A stretch of DNA of 64,000 bases from Thermoplasmata archaeon (GTDB lineage: Archaea > Thermoplasmatota > Thermoplasmata > Lutacidiplasmatales > UBA184), in NCBI GenBank assembly GCA_028864975.1, contig JAGWLG010000002.1:1-64000 (forward strand), in the 5' to 3' direction. The position numbers were made by a program, and so were the translations under genes. Each line of letters begins with the position of its first letter. The first letter of the stretch is position 1. Of this stretch, positions 1 through 9,294 are shown piece after piece. The notes below the pieces were generated by a model. That model was not told where the DNA came from. It saw only the letters and a list, made by a program, of their open reading frames with translations, and ran no database searches.

Positions 1-197
1 GGGCCGCGCTCCCGCGCCCCGCCCCGCTGCCGGTCCTCCCTTCGGGCCGGGCTCCTTCCCCTCGGAGGTCCCCGACACGTCCTTCGAGAGCCTACGAGCC
101 CCCTCCCTTCGCTCAGAGGGACCCCTGGACGGGGTCCCGTCCTTCCTTCCTCACGGACATCCGGCGCTCCTACCCTGTCGCGGGAGCGTGAGGACCC

Positions 198-1412
198 ATG
201 GAGCAGCGGATTGGGCTCTCCCCGACCTCCCGCCCCGGCCTTCGGACCCGGGACCTCTCCTCCGGAGAGGTGGTCGAAGGCCCGCGCCTGTGGGTGCCCA
301 GCGCTCCCACCCAGTTCGGAAGCTTCCTGTCGGAGGGGAACCCCCCGGCTCCCATCGCCCCACGAGGGTCCGCGTACCCTGCGGTCGCGCCCAACCACGC
401 TCTGCAGGCCGCGGACCCTCCCCTACGCCTCCATTTCTACCAGGTGGTCCGGTTCGGAGAACGCCCGCAGTTGCGCGCGATCGAGCTCCCCTCCTCGGTA
501 ATGGACGAGCCGACCCGGCGCACGCTCTCCCACTCGCTCCTCAAGGTCGGGAACGGCCTGAACCTCTTCCTGACCCTCCCTGACCGCTCGAACGGGCTCC
601 TCACCCCTGCCGACCCCTCGCTCCGGACCTACACGACCGTGCCGCTGGAGCTAGGCTCCGACCGCTTGGTCCGCTACCGTGCACCGGAGGTGCTGCGTCT
701 GGTCGCCCAGGCCCACCGGGTCGCCCAGCGGGAGCTCGAGCAAGTCCGCGACCATGTGGGCAGGATGAGCGATGAATGGATCCGCGAAGCCCTCTTCGCG
801 CCCATCAGCCTCCCCGAGGCGGCGCTTTTCACCGCTCCGGTCGAGGGCGAACTCTGGCGCAACCTGCAAGGGGGCTTCCCCCAGGGGGCCCGCCTCGCCT
901 TCACCCCCGGGATCCCCGGTCTGGTGCGCCGCTGGTGGCAGGTGGGCGATACCCAGCTCCTCCGGACGACCTCGCAAGGGCTGCGCAGCGACCTGCTCGA
1001 CGGGACCCTACGGGGCCTGAGGGCCCGCTTCCAGACCCGCCCTGGGTCCTTGGTCGCTTTCGAGGGGGTCGAAGGGTTGCTTCGCACCCTGCCGCTTCCG
1101 GAGGTGGAGCGGATGCTCCACACCGTCCGGGATGAGGCCATCGCGACCAACGGATGCGCTTGGGTCTCCTGGGACCCGAACCTCGTCGACCCCGAGACCC
1201 AGCGCCTCCTCGGGCGCGGTTTCTCGGTCGTCCCTCGCACATCCCAGACGGCCTGGACCATCGCAGGTGTGGGGGAGGATGCCCGGCTTGTCCCGCTCGT
1301 CGTTCAGCCTCACGAACCGGAGACTCCCCGCATGGCGACCACGCTCGGGGCGTGGCTTGCGACCTCCAAGAGTTTCGAACAGACCCTCGCGGAGGTCGCG
1401 GCATCCCCGTAA
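198..1412 (+). CDS. DUF835-domain protein (uncharacterised N-terminal region, C-terminal DUF835-like domain)
   Basis: 404-aa ORF. The segment SLVAFEGVEGLLRTLPLPEVERMLHTVRDEAIATNGCAWVSWDPNLVDPETQRLL resembles the DUF835 signature. Confidence 0.65.
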   Translation: MEQRIGLSPTSRPGLRTRDLSSGEVVEGPRLWVPSAPTQFGSFLSEGNPPAPIAPRGSAYPAVAPNHALQAADPPLRLHFYQVVRFGERPQLRAIELPSSVMDEPTRRTLSHSLLKVGNGLNLFLTLPDRSNGLLTPADPSLRTYTTVPLELGSDRLVRYRAPEVLRLVAQAHRVAQRELEQVRDHVGRMSDEWIREALFAPISLPEAALFTAPVEGELWRNLQGGFPQGARLAFTPGIPGLVRRWWQVGDTQLLRTTSQGLRSDLLDGTLRGLRARFQTRPGSLVAFEGVEGLLRTLPLPEVERMLHTVRDEAIATNGCAWVSWDPNLVDPETQRLLGRGFSVVPRTSQTAWTIAGVGEDARLVPLVVQPHEPETPRMATTLGAWLATSKSFEQTLAEVAASP

Positions 1413-1468
1413 TCCCCGGCTCGGAGCGCCGAAGAGGGCTTCACGGAGCGCCCGTGGCTCGAGGACCG

Positions 1469-4400
1469 TCAAGAACCGGCCTTCGAGAGGCCCTCGGGAC
1501 CCACGGCGGGAGGCGGGGGCCACCTTCGCACCCAGGCCTCGCGGAGCACGCCGCATCGATCGAGCTCGGCCTCCGCCTCGGCGGAGATGCGCTCCCCTTC
1601 CGAGGGCGCCCCATGCGCTGAGAGCCACCGGCCCAGCGAGGCGCGCACCAGCGCCACGGGAAAGGGGCCCGCCGACCGGCGGGCGCTCTTCTCCGCGCGC
1701 TCCAACATCCCTCGGGCCTCCTCGATGGACCCCCGGGCCTCCTGGACCCACGCTCCGATGATCGGGGGCATGTACTGTTCATCGGCTGGGAGGACGGAGG
1801 GGTCGCGAGCGGTCTCCACCTCTCGCAAGGCCTCGTCGAGCGTTCCTTCCGCGAGCGCCACCTCTGCGAGCGCGAGGTGGCATCGTGCGACCTGGCCGGC
1901 GAGCTTCGCACGTTCGAAGAAGTCCAGGGCTGAGCGGAGGAGCGGACGTGCCTCGTGGGCCCGGCCTTGATGGAGCATCGCCGTCGCCTCCTCGAGCTTC
2001 CCGAAGGCCGAGGCGAAGGGGAAGTCGAACCGGTCGGCGTGAAGCTGGGCCTCCTGGGCGGCCGCCACCGCCTTACCGAGCTCGCCTCGAGCGTCCTGGG
2101 CGAGGCAGACATTGAGCAGAGCGACCGCGACCCGAACGTAATCGCCCACTTGTCGACTCTGCCGGACCTCGCTCTCGTAGATGGCCTCGGCCCGCGGCAG
2201 GTCCCCCTGGGACCATGCGAGGGCCCCTCCCAGGGAGGTGCAATAGTTCAGCAGTCGGACCGAGCCGCTGGGCTCGGCGAGCGCCCGAAGTCTCTCCAAC
2301 CACGGCCCGACCTCGTCGAGCCGTCCCAGTCCCGTCAGGGCCCATCCCTTGAGATAGAGCGCCATGCAACGGTCGAACGTCTCGGCCTCCGGGCCTAGGA
2401 GGCCCAGGGCCTCGTCCGCGAGCGCGAGGCTCCGGGTGTAGTCGTGGGCGTCGGACCGACGGGCCGAGTCCGTGAGGGCGACGAGGGCGGCCACGTCCGG
2501 GTGAGGAGGGAGGCCCTGGAGCTCGCCCCGCAGGTCCGCCAGCCTCTTCTCCGAGACCTCTGGGTCCAGCGATGCGAACGCTTGGGCACGACGAGCGAGC
2601 ACGAGCAAGCGGAGGGGTCCCGGGCCGTCCATCGCCACCAGCCGTTCGAAGAGGAGAGAGAGAGGACGGGACGGACCGCTCGAACGATGAAGCTGGACCG
2701 CGATGGCCAGCCCTTCCGCCAGGCGAGACTCCCGAGCTGCTCCGGCACCTTCCAAGAGCTCCTGCAACCACCGGTGATAGAGCTCCACCGATTCGGCCGC
2801 ATGGTCCTCCTGGGCCCGCTCTATCGCCCGGCGGACCCAGGGGAGCCCTCGGGAGGGGTCCCGCCCGTCGTGGTAGAGCCGCGCCACCGCCACGATGTCA
2901 TGGGGCCGGTGCTCCCCCCACCACTCCGCGAGCCGCATGGCCCGGGCCTGACGGTCGGGGGCCCCCAGGTCCTCCAGAGAGACCTCCCAGAGCAGAGGGT
3001 GGACGAACCGGTACCCCTGGGGGCGGTCCGGAACCTCCTCCAGGACCCTGCGCTGCCTCACCAGCGCGTCAAGGAGAGGAAGGAGACGCTCGGGGGAGGC
3101 TGAGAGGACCGAGGAGAGAGGTGCGAGGTCGAACTCGCTTCCCGCGACGCACCCCCACCCCAAGAGGTCCCGTTCCTCGGCCGAGAGCCGGGCGAGCTGG
3201 CGGGCGAGAAGCCGGCGCAGGCTCTCGGGGACCAGGCTCGGCCCCTCAGGTCGGGAGCTCGTGTCCGCCCCCGGCAGCAGGACCCTCAGGGCCCCCCGGT
3301 CCCGACGGACGAGCCCCTCGGAAGAAAGGTGGCGCAGCGTCTCCAGGACAAAGAACGGGTTCCCCTCGGTGCGCTCTTGGAGCTGGGCGAACGCCTCGTG
3401 GTTCGCTTCCGCCGACATCTCCTCGCCGAAGAGCCCCCGGGCAACCTCTAGGGATTCCTCCTCGCGAAGCCCTGAGAGGCGGAGCCGCTCGACCCGGCCC
3501 TCGCGCGACATCCCCTCCAAGGTCTCCTCGAGGGGCCGCTCCTCACCCTCCTCCAGGGTGGACCGCTCCTCGGTCCTCAGTGTCGCGACGAACCCGACGC
3601 GGCTCCGCTGCAGGTTGCGGGCGAGGAACCGCAGGGTCCTCAGCGAGGCGGCATCCGCCCACTGCAGGTCATCCAGGAAGACGAGCTGAGGTGCGCGGTT
3701 CGCGGCTCGTTCGAGGGCTTCCAGGTACTCGAGCATCCGTGCGGCGGGGGCGAGCGGGGTCCGTGGCTCGTCCAGGGTTCCCTCGGACCGGAGCACGTCC
3801 GAATCGCCCTCCAGCAGCGACAGCTCTCGAGTGTCGAAGGCTGCCGGATTGATGGAAAGGAGCAGATGTCCTCCGGTCTCCTCCGCCACGTCCCTCAGGA
3901 ACTGGACCAGGTGTCGAAGGGCGGGGCCACCGGCCTGACTGGAGAGATACTCCAGACCCGTGAGGACCACTGCGTTCCCGTGGGCCTTTCTTAGGTGGTC
4001 GGCCAGGAGCGCACCCATGCGGTCCAGGTCTCGGGGGTCGCTCTCGTCAGGTCGTTCTCCCCGGGCGAGCACGAGCGTCGCGAGCCCAGGGATAGGGGGG
4101 AGGGATCGCAAGAGGGCTCGGTCGCGTACGACGAGAAGTGCGGCGGCACTCGACGCGAGGCCTCGAAGGCCCTCCAGGACCCACCGAGGCCGTTCCTCCT
4201 CCACGACCAGGAAGGAGGGGAGCGGGGAGGGGAGTGGCCCTTCTCCCCGCTTCCCCGAAGTGCCGGGCCCGAGGAGCGGGCGGAGGACCTGCTGGAAGAC
4301 GAAGAACGCGGAGGAGACCTCCTTCAGGGCATGGCCCCAGAGCACCTCGAACTCTTCGGACTCTGCGGCCTCCTGGAGCCATCGGGCGAGCCGGGTCTTG

Positions 4401-4519
4401 CCCATGCCTGCCGGGCCTTCGATGAGCCAGGTCCCGCCGCGGCCCGACCGGATCTCCTCGAGAGCGCGGACCAGTCGTGAGCGCTCCCCCGACCGACCGA
4501 CGAACGGCGCCTCCTCCAT
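1469..4519 (-). CDS. STAND-type AAA ATPase with internal DUF835 domain and C-terminal TPR-like repeats
   Basis: FVGR..E N-terminal motif, Walker A GPAGMGKT, Walker B LVFLDDLQWAD, GNPFFVLE motif, DUF835-like block VVLTGLEYLSS...FLRDVAEETGGHLLLSINPAAF, helical repeat C-terminus. Start set at MEEAPFVGR (4519); the ORF track starts at 4564. Confidence 0.85.
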   Translation of the reverse strand: MEEAPFVGRSGERSRLVRALEEIRSGRGGTWLIEGPAGMGKTRLARWLQEAAESEEFEVLWGHALKEVSSAFFVFQQVLRPLLGPGTSGKRGEGPLPSPLPSFLVVEEERPRWVLEGLRGLASSAAALLVVRDRALLRSLPPIPGLATLVLARGERPDESDPRDLDRMGALLADHLRKAHGNAVVLTGLEYLSSQAGGPALRHLVQFLRDVAEETGGHLLLSINPAAFDTRELSLLEGDSDVLRSEGTLDEPRTPLAPAARMLEYLEALERAANRAPQLVFLDDLQWADAASLRTLRFLARNLQRSRVGFVATLRTEERSTLEEGEERPLEETLEGMSREGRVERLRLSGLREEESLEVARGLFGEEMSAEANHEAFAQLQERTEGNPFFVLETLRHLSSEGLVRRDRGALRVLLPGADTSSRPEGPSLVPESLRRLLARQLARLSAEERDLLGWGCVAGSEFDLAPLSSVLSASPERLLPLLDALVRQRRVLEEVPDRPQGYRFVHPLLWEVSLEDLGAPDRQARAMRLAEWWGEHRPHDIVAVARLYHDGRDPSRGLPWVRRAIERAQEDHAAESVELYHRWLQELLEGAGAARESRLAEGLAIAVQLHRSSGPSRPLSLLFERLVAMDGPGPLRLLVLARRAQAFASLDPEVSEKRLADLRGELQGLPPHPDVAALVALTDSARRSDAHDYTRSLALADEALGLLGPEAETFDRCMALYLKGWALTGLGRLDEVGPWLERLRALAEPSGSVRLLNYCTSLGGALAWSQGDLPRAEAIYESEVRQSRQVGDYVRVAVALLNVCLAQDARGELGKAVAAAQEAQLHADRFDFPFASAFGKLEEATAMLHQGRAHEARPLLRSALDFFERAKLAGQVARCHLALAEVALAEGTLDEALREVETARDPSVLPADEQYMPPIIGAWVQEARGSIEEARGMLERAEKSARRSAGPFPVALVRASLGRWLSAHGAPSEGERISAEAEAELDRCGVLREAWVRRWPPPPAVGPEGLSKAGS

Positions 4520-4739
4520 GGACGCGGTGGCGGCGCTCGTGCCACCGATGGAGCCCGCGGGCATGTCTGGCCCACGGGGACCAGAGGGCGATAACCATTA
4601 CCGACAATCGCTAGACAAACTTGCACATTCATGACCCGAGGTTGACCTGGAGCCTTCCTGCGGCTACGGGTCGTGCCGGACGACCTAGCTCCTCCACTTC
4701 TCGTCCAGCTCCGCCCGAAGCTTCGCCGATGCTGGTGGT

Positions 4740-4786
4740 GGACCCCCCCATCTCGGGTGCAATGGACTCCCCCGTCTTGGGTGCAA
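4740..4786. repeat. Two tandem 23-bp imperfect direct repeats (24-bp period)
   Basis: GGACCCCCCCATCTCGGGTGCAA (4740-4762) and GGACTCCCCCGTCTTGGGTGCAA (4764-4786); 3 mismatches, 1-nt gap. Confidence 0.85.
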
Positions 4787-4987
4787 CGGTTTGCGGCACG
4801 GGCCGTGTTGAGGTGATCTTCGAGAGAGGCCGATCCCCTCGCGAACGACCACCGCCGATCCTCTGCGGTCTTTCTCGAGGAGGGCCGGGATGCGCGTGGG
4901 TGAAATTCGAACGAGGACGTTCACACCCTACAGTTTCATCCCCTCTCCTTCGAGTTCAAGAGCCCGCGTCGACACCAAGCCCTCGCC

Positions 4988-6473
4988 GTGCGCACCATCG
5001 CCGTACCCACCTCGCTCCCCCCCGAGGTCGTGGCCATGCTTTCCGACTTTCGGGCCATGTCCAACCACCTCATCGCCTACGCCCTCCACCATCATCTCGA
5101 CAGCGCCTTCGACCTCCGCGAGCGGAACTACGCGTGGTTCCGCCAGAACTACGAGGGGCGCTACGCGATCCACTACCTGCACAGCGCCGCCTCGTTCGCC
5201 GCCCAGCACGCCAAGTCCTGGAGGAAGCTCGGGGGGGACACCACGCGTCTTCCCCATGTCGAGCGTCCTATCGCCCGCCTCGACCAGATGCTGGTCAAGA
5301 CGAAGGTGAAGGAGGAGAACCACCTGGTCCTCCAGCTCACGCTCGCACCTCGCCAGTGGGTCCTCCTCGACCTGCGTGTCCACCACAAGCATTGGGCCGA
5401 GTGGTCGGTTTCGAGGATGGGGGAGCTGGTGATCGTCCCCGACGGCGTGCGCCTCACGTTCCAGTACGACGACGTCCACACGGTCGGGAAGGGGTTCGCC
5501 GCGGTCGACCTCAACTTCGACCGCGCGGTGATGGCCACCTCCGACGGGGAGGTGACGGAGGTGTCGCTCAAGGACGCCATGGAGGTCCAGAAGCACCACC
5601 GATGGAAGCGCCACGCGGTCCAGCGGCACACGTCCCACAACGCTGGCAAGCAGCAGAAGCTCCTCCACCGCGACCGAGGGCGGGAGCACGACCGGGTGGA
5701 CAAGCTCGTCCACGACCACGCGAAGGAGATCGGGGGCGCGGCCGGGGGGAAGCGCCTCGTCATGGAGGACCTGTCCTCGACGACCCGGGAGTGCCTCAAG
5801 GACTCCGACGGGCGGACGTTCCGGGCGAAGCTCTCCTCGTGGCCGCACGGAGTGCTGCAGCGGGTGCTCTCCTACCGCTACCCCCACGGGACGAAGGAGG
5901 TCTACGCGCGGGGGAGCTCGACGTTCTGCCCGTTCTGCGGGGCGAGGGTGGTCCACCCGACGTGGAAGACCTCCCGGTGCGGGGGCTGTGGTCTCAGCTA
6001 CGACCGGGATGCGCTCGCCGCGGTGAACCTGCTCGTGCGGGGGATGGTCAAGCACAAGGCGGGGACGCCCTGGGTGCTCGCTCGGGACGCGATGGCCGCG
6101 TCGGTGGTGGACCGCCTGGTGAGGCAATGTACGCTCCAATCTTCACCGAATGGAGAAAGGCCCGAGGGGGGCGACCCCCTCGGGCAGGACCCGCCGACGA
6201 TCCTGGGACCCCACGAGGTCACAGGGGAGGACTTGGGTCTACGGGGAGTTTCCCCGGCCGCGCCGTCGTCCATGCCGGGGACCGTTCGCCCCGAGCGCGA
6301 GGGCCCCTCTCCGGGGGTGCGGAAGAACGTCTCTGGCCCCGTGTCCGCGAGGCACGGGGCGGAGCGAGAGAACCGTCTTGAGGCCCGAGGGCGCGATCCC
6401 TCGGCTCCCGTCAAGGGAGGGAACCCGGAGATGCCCGCGAAGTACGGAAGGCGGGAAGACGTGGCCCGGTCAC
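4988..6473 (+). mobile_element. TnpA-less IS200/IS605-type (IS1341-like) element; left end not located, right end probably at TCAC 6470-6473
   Basis: tnpB with no HUH or serine recombinase nearby. Hairpin-rich 3' region ends in GGTCAC, followed immediately by a truncated host gene. Confidence 0.6.
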
Positions 6474-6535
6474 GTTTTTCCACGTTCCGGAGAACGGGCA
6501 CCATTGTTTCACGGCCAACATGGCCCGAGCGCTAG
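4988..6535 (+). CDS. tnpB: IS200/IS605-family RNA-guided endonuclease TnpB
   Basis: RuvC-I AAVDLNFD, RuvC-II LVMEDL, SSTFCPFCG...CGGCG zinc finger, RuvC-III YDRDALAAVNL. About 160 extra low-complexity residues follow the normal end of the protein. Confidence 0.9.
   Translation: MRTIAVPTSLPPEVVAMLSDFRAMSNHLIAYALHHHLDSAFDLRERNYAWFRQNYEGRYAIHYLHSAASFAAQHAKSWRKLGGDTTRLPHVERPIARLDQMLVKTKVKEENHLVLQLTLAPRQWVLLDLRVHHKHWAEWSVSRMGELVIVPDGVRLTFQYDDVHTVGKGFAAVDLNFDRAVMATSDGEVTEVSLKDAMEVQKHHRWKRHAVQRHTSHNAGKQQKLLHRDRGREHDRVDKLVHDHAKEIGGAAGGKRLVMEDLSSTTRECLKDSDGRTFRAKLSSWPHGVLQRVLSYRYPHGTKEVYARGSSTFCPFCGARVVHPTWKTSRCGGCGLSYDRDALAAVNLLVRGMVKHKAGTPWVLARDAMAASVVDRLVRQCTLQSSPNGERPEGGDPLGQDPPTILGPHEVTGEDLGLRGVSPAAPSSMPGTVRPEREGPSPGVRKNVSGPVSARHGAERENRLEARGRDPSAPVKGGNPEMPAKYGRREDVARSRFSTFRRTGTIVSRPTWPER
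6160..6473 (+). ncRNA. Candidate TnpB omegaRNA (reRNA) scaffold
   Basis: Hairpins at 6160-6185 (11-bp perfect stem, GCGA loop), 6242-6256 (6 bp), 6336-6360 (10 bp with one bulge, GCGA loop), 6385-6404 (7 bp, loop CGCGAT) and 6434-6455. The position matches where TnpB omegaRNAs are encoded. Confidence 0.6.
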
Positions 6536-7116
6536 TCCTCATGGGGTACGAGGACGACCCACGCATACGCGAGACCTTCGAGTTCCTGGTCAAGACCTCT
6601 CACCCCAAGGGAGGGTGGACCTGCCGCTGGAACCGGGACACTCCGGCTCCGAACAGGACCTTGGACGCTTGGGAAGGGCTGGGCGCTTTCGCTGCCTACC
6701 CCCGCTCGCTGTGGACCGAGTCGATGAGGCGTTGTGTCCAGAGCGCAGCGGAGTACTTCCTCGAGCGCGAATTGCACCGTCAGGGCGACCCCTACGAGCC
6801 CTGGAACCGATTCCACTGGCCGACTCACTACTACTACGACCTGCTGGTCGGGCTAGATTGCCTGACCGCGCTCGGGTACGCGAGGGATCCGCGGCTTGGC
6901 CACGCGCTCGATCTGCTGCGGTCGAAACGCCGGAAAGACGGACGATGGAATCTCGATGCCCATCAGACGGACCCCGATGCCGAAGGAGCACGATGGTTCG
7001 CCGCGCACCCTGAGAAGCGCCCGACCCCTCTCGTCTTCGAGGAGGCCGGCCAGCCTAGCAAGATGATCACGCTGCGAGCGCTCCGGGTGCTTCAGCGGGT
7101 CGATGGTGCCGTGTAG
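6475..7116 (+). pseudogene. 5'-truncated prenyltransferase/squalene-cyclase-repeat (alpha/alpha-toroid) family gene
   Basis: The frame reads FFHVPENGHHCFTANMARALVLMGYEDDPRI...RFHWPTHYYYDLLVGLD...DGRWNLD...PSKMITLRALRVL. This is the C-terminal two-thirds of a family I recall as ~320 aa. No N-terminal part is visible upstream. Confidence 0.65.
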
Positions 7117-7332
7117 CCGTTCCAGGCCGTTCCCGCCACTCTTTACGTTCTCACTCGCCCTGGGACCTGTTGAGCTCGACTCGGGACCGATCGCGCTCGA
7201 AGAGGCTCACCCAGTTCTCGGTGCTCGGTAGGTCCCCCCCAAGACGTGCAGAGGGTAGGGGGACCCATCACGGCCTGCCAACCCTCAAGGCGGCGTGCGG
7301 CCTGAGCACCGCGAAGGAGCCTTCGCCCCGAC

Positions 7333-7965
7333 ATGCCCCTCGCATCGGAGCCCCTATCGCCCAAGACCTGGCCGGCGTTCTCCAGGCTCGTGGAGAAGCA
7401 TGGCGGTATCTTCGGTGGCTGTTGGTGCATCTCGTTCCACCTCGAGCCTGGGGAGAACAAGCGGTGGGCGGGTCGGTACCGTGTGTTGAAGGAGGCCCGA
7501 CTTCGTCAGGGAAGGGCCCACGCGGCGCTGGTGTTCGATGGCCCCGAGGCCGTGGGCTGGTGCCAGTTCGGGCCGACCTCGGAGCTCCCCAACATCCGAA
7601 GCAAGAAGGAGTACGAGAAGGGGTTGACCAAGCTCCCGGATTGGCGGATCACCTGTTTCTTCATCGATCGAGAGCGGCGGGGAGAGGGCATCGCCTCCCT
7701 GGCGCTCCGGGAAGCACTCCGATACATCGGAGAGCTCGGTGGAGGGGTCGTGGAGGCCTACCCCGAAGACTACACGGGGGAGAAGACCTCCTGTTCCTTT
7801 CTCTGTAGCGGCACGCTCGGGATGTTCGAGAAGGCGGGGTTCCGGAAGGACCGCAAGATTGCGATGCGACGGTGGGTGGTATCCAAGAAGGTCCCTCCCT
7901 CTCCGGTCAAGAAGACGCCGAGTCGACCCCGGGCCACGAGTCATCCGAGAGCGCGCGCGGGTTGA
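7333..7965 (+). CDS. GNAT family N-acetyltransferase
   Basis: GGCWC motif, VGWCQFGP, ITCFFIDRERRGEGIA acetyl-CoA-binding motif, VEAYP. Confidence 0.85.
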   Translation: MPLASEPLSPKTWPAFSRLVEKHGGIFGGCWCISFHLEPGENKRWAGRYRVLKEARLRQGRAHAALVFDGPEAVGWCQFGPTSELPNIRSKKEYEKGLTKLPDWRITCFFIDRERRGEGIASLALREALRYIGELGGGVVEAYPEDYTGEKTSCSFLCSGTLGMFEKAGFRKDRKIAMRRWVVSKKVPPSPVKKTPSRPRATSHPRARAG

Positions 7966-8186
7966 GCTAGAGGCACTCCTTCACGGGCGCGGGGCTCGAA
8001 GGGCGGAGGTCGCGACGTGGGCTCTCGGACCTTCGGATGAACGTTCGGCCGGCCCGGCGTCGCGGATCTCGTCTTCAAAGGGACCTCGGTCGGCTCCGCA
8101 GCGGGTGGCCTTTTCGGTCGACCCCTGCGCCGGTCGTCACGAGGAACCCCGTCGGTGATGACCATCCTCAGGGGACCGCGCCAGCC

Positions 8187-9023
8187 CTATACCGCCGCGG
8201 AAGGGACGGGCGTGGGTACCGGGAGGGGAACCTCCTCGACCGCCACGCCTCCCCGTTCCAAGGGCTCGGGAAGGCCCCCCCGTGCGGAATAGCCCGCGAC
8301 GACGCGGATCCCCCTCCGGGGCCTCTGCCACGTGAAGGCGCCATCTTCTGGCCAAACGAATGGCTCGCGGTCGACCTCCACGGCGACCCCCTCCCTTCCT
8401 GGGGTCACCTCGATCCGGAGCGACTCCCCGATCGACGTCTCGCTGAAGATGTCGATCCAACCAAGGTGCTTCGCGCAGGAGAGCGGTGAAACGCTGCCGG
8501 CAATCGTGGTGGCCGGTTCTCCCGATCCCCCGTCTCCGAACGTGAGCAGCTCCGCGAAGGCGGGCGCGTTCGGAGGGAGGTTCAGCCTACCGTCGTGGCC
8601 CATGATCTCCCCCTGCCAGGGGAGGACCTGACGAACAGGGTCGCCGTCTCCCGCGACCGGGAGGAGGGTGAGCAGGACCTTGCAGTCGACGGCGACGGAG
8701 CGCCCGGTGTTCCTGAGGCTGAGAAGGAGCGTTCCTTCCCCTCGCTCGGTGGTGGTCGCGGAAACCACGTCCTGAACGCGAAGACGTGCATGCTGGAGCT
8801 CCTTTTGCTGCGACCGGGTCAGGAAGATCGTGAGCTCGACCAGCCCGAGCCCGAGGAACCCCAGCCCTTCGACCAGCGCGGTGATCCAGAACGCGAAATC
8901 GGAGGGGCGCGCGCCGAGAAGAGCGAGGATCCCCGGAGATTCGACGAGAAGGAGGACGACGAGGAGACCGTAGGCCATCAGGAGGATGCCCGGGCTCCAA
9001 GGCCGAGAGAAGAGATCTCGCAT
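8187..9023 (-). CDS. Hypothetical membrane-anchored protein
   Basis: Two N-terminal hydrophobic helices followed by a beta-rich domain. Start set at MRDLFSRPW. Confidence 0.6.
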   Translation of the reverse strand: MRDLFSRPWSPGILLMAYGLLVVLLLVESPGILALLGARPSDFAFWITALVEGLGFLGLGLVELTIFLTRSQQKELQHARLRVQDVVSATTTERGEGTLLLSLRNTGRSVAVDCKVLLTLLPVAGDGDPVRQVLPWQGEIMGHDGRLNLPPNAPAFAELLTFGDGGSGEPATTIAGSVSPLSCAKHLGWIDIFSETSIGESLRIEVTPGREGVAVEVDREPFVWPEDGAFTWQRPRRGIRVVAGYSARGGLPEPLERGGVAVEEVPLPVPTPVPSAAV

Positions 9024-9230
9024 GCTTCTTCCTCCACCCTTAGGGCCCGCCCCGTTCACATCTTCGAGAACCTCGTCCTCTCTTGGCCGGCGGGTCGTGT
9101 AAAGGTGCCCTCACCCCGGTTCGACGGGTCGCCACCAACGCTTTACCCACCTGCCGAAAACCGTAGAATCCTTCATCCCCGGGAACTGGAATCGAGGAGG
9201 GGGCGCCCAGGGAGCGGGGTCGGTCCGAGA

Positions 9231-9264
9231 ATCAGCAAAATCTGACAATTCTGAATATTCAAAT
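9231..9264 (+). promoter_or_regulatory. AT-rich promoter/operator upstream of the hgcC-like/arsC/aquaporin operon
   Basis: AT-rich island in GC-rich DNA; perfect palindrome TGAATATTCA at 9252-9261 and TCAG-N6-CTGA at 9232-9245. Confidence 0.5.
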
Positions 9265-9294
9265 ACTCCCGATGCTTGGAAGGCGTGGTGAACC

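Noticed and set aside
3-191. Open Pro-rich frame ending at TGA 189-191, possibly the tail of an upstream gene
   Set aside because: Low complexity with no motif; cannot be told from a chance open frame in GC-rich DNA.
4740-4786. CRISPR mini-array that would make the TnpB a Cas12f-like effector
   Set aside because: Only two repeats with a 1-nt gap and no spacer; no cas genes and no array elsewhere in the window.
4685-4924. 79-aa - strand ORF as a possible TnpA or resolvase
   Set aside because: No HUH/Tyr or serine-recombinase motif. The ELDEKW similarity to IS1-type transposases is too short to use.
4621-6381. 586-aa + strand ORF overlapping tnpB, and 403-aa antisense ORF 4928-6139
   Set aside because: Arg/Pro/Gly-rich off-frame translations with no motifs; tnpB explains the region.
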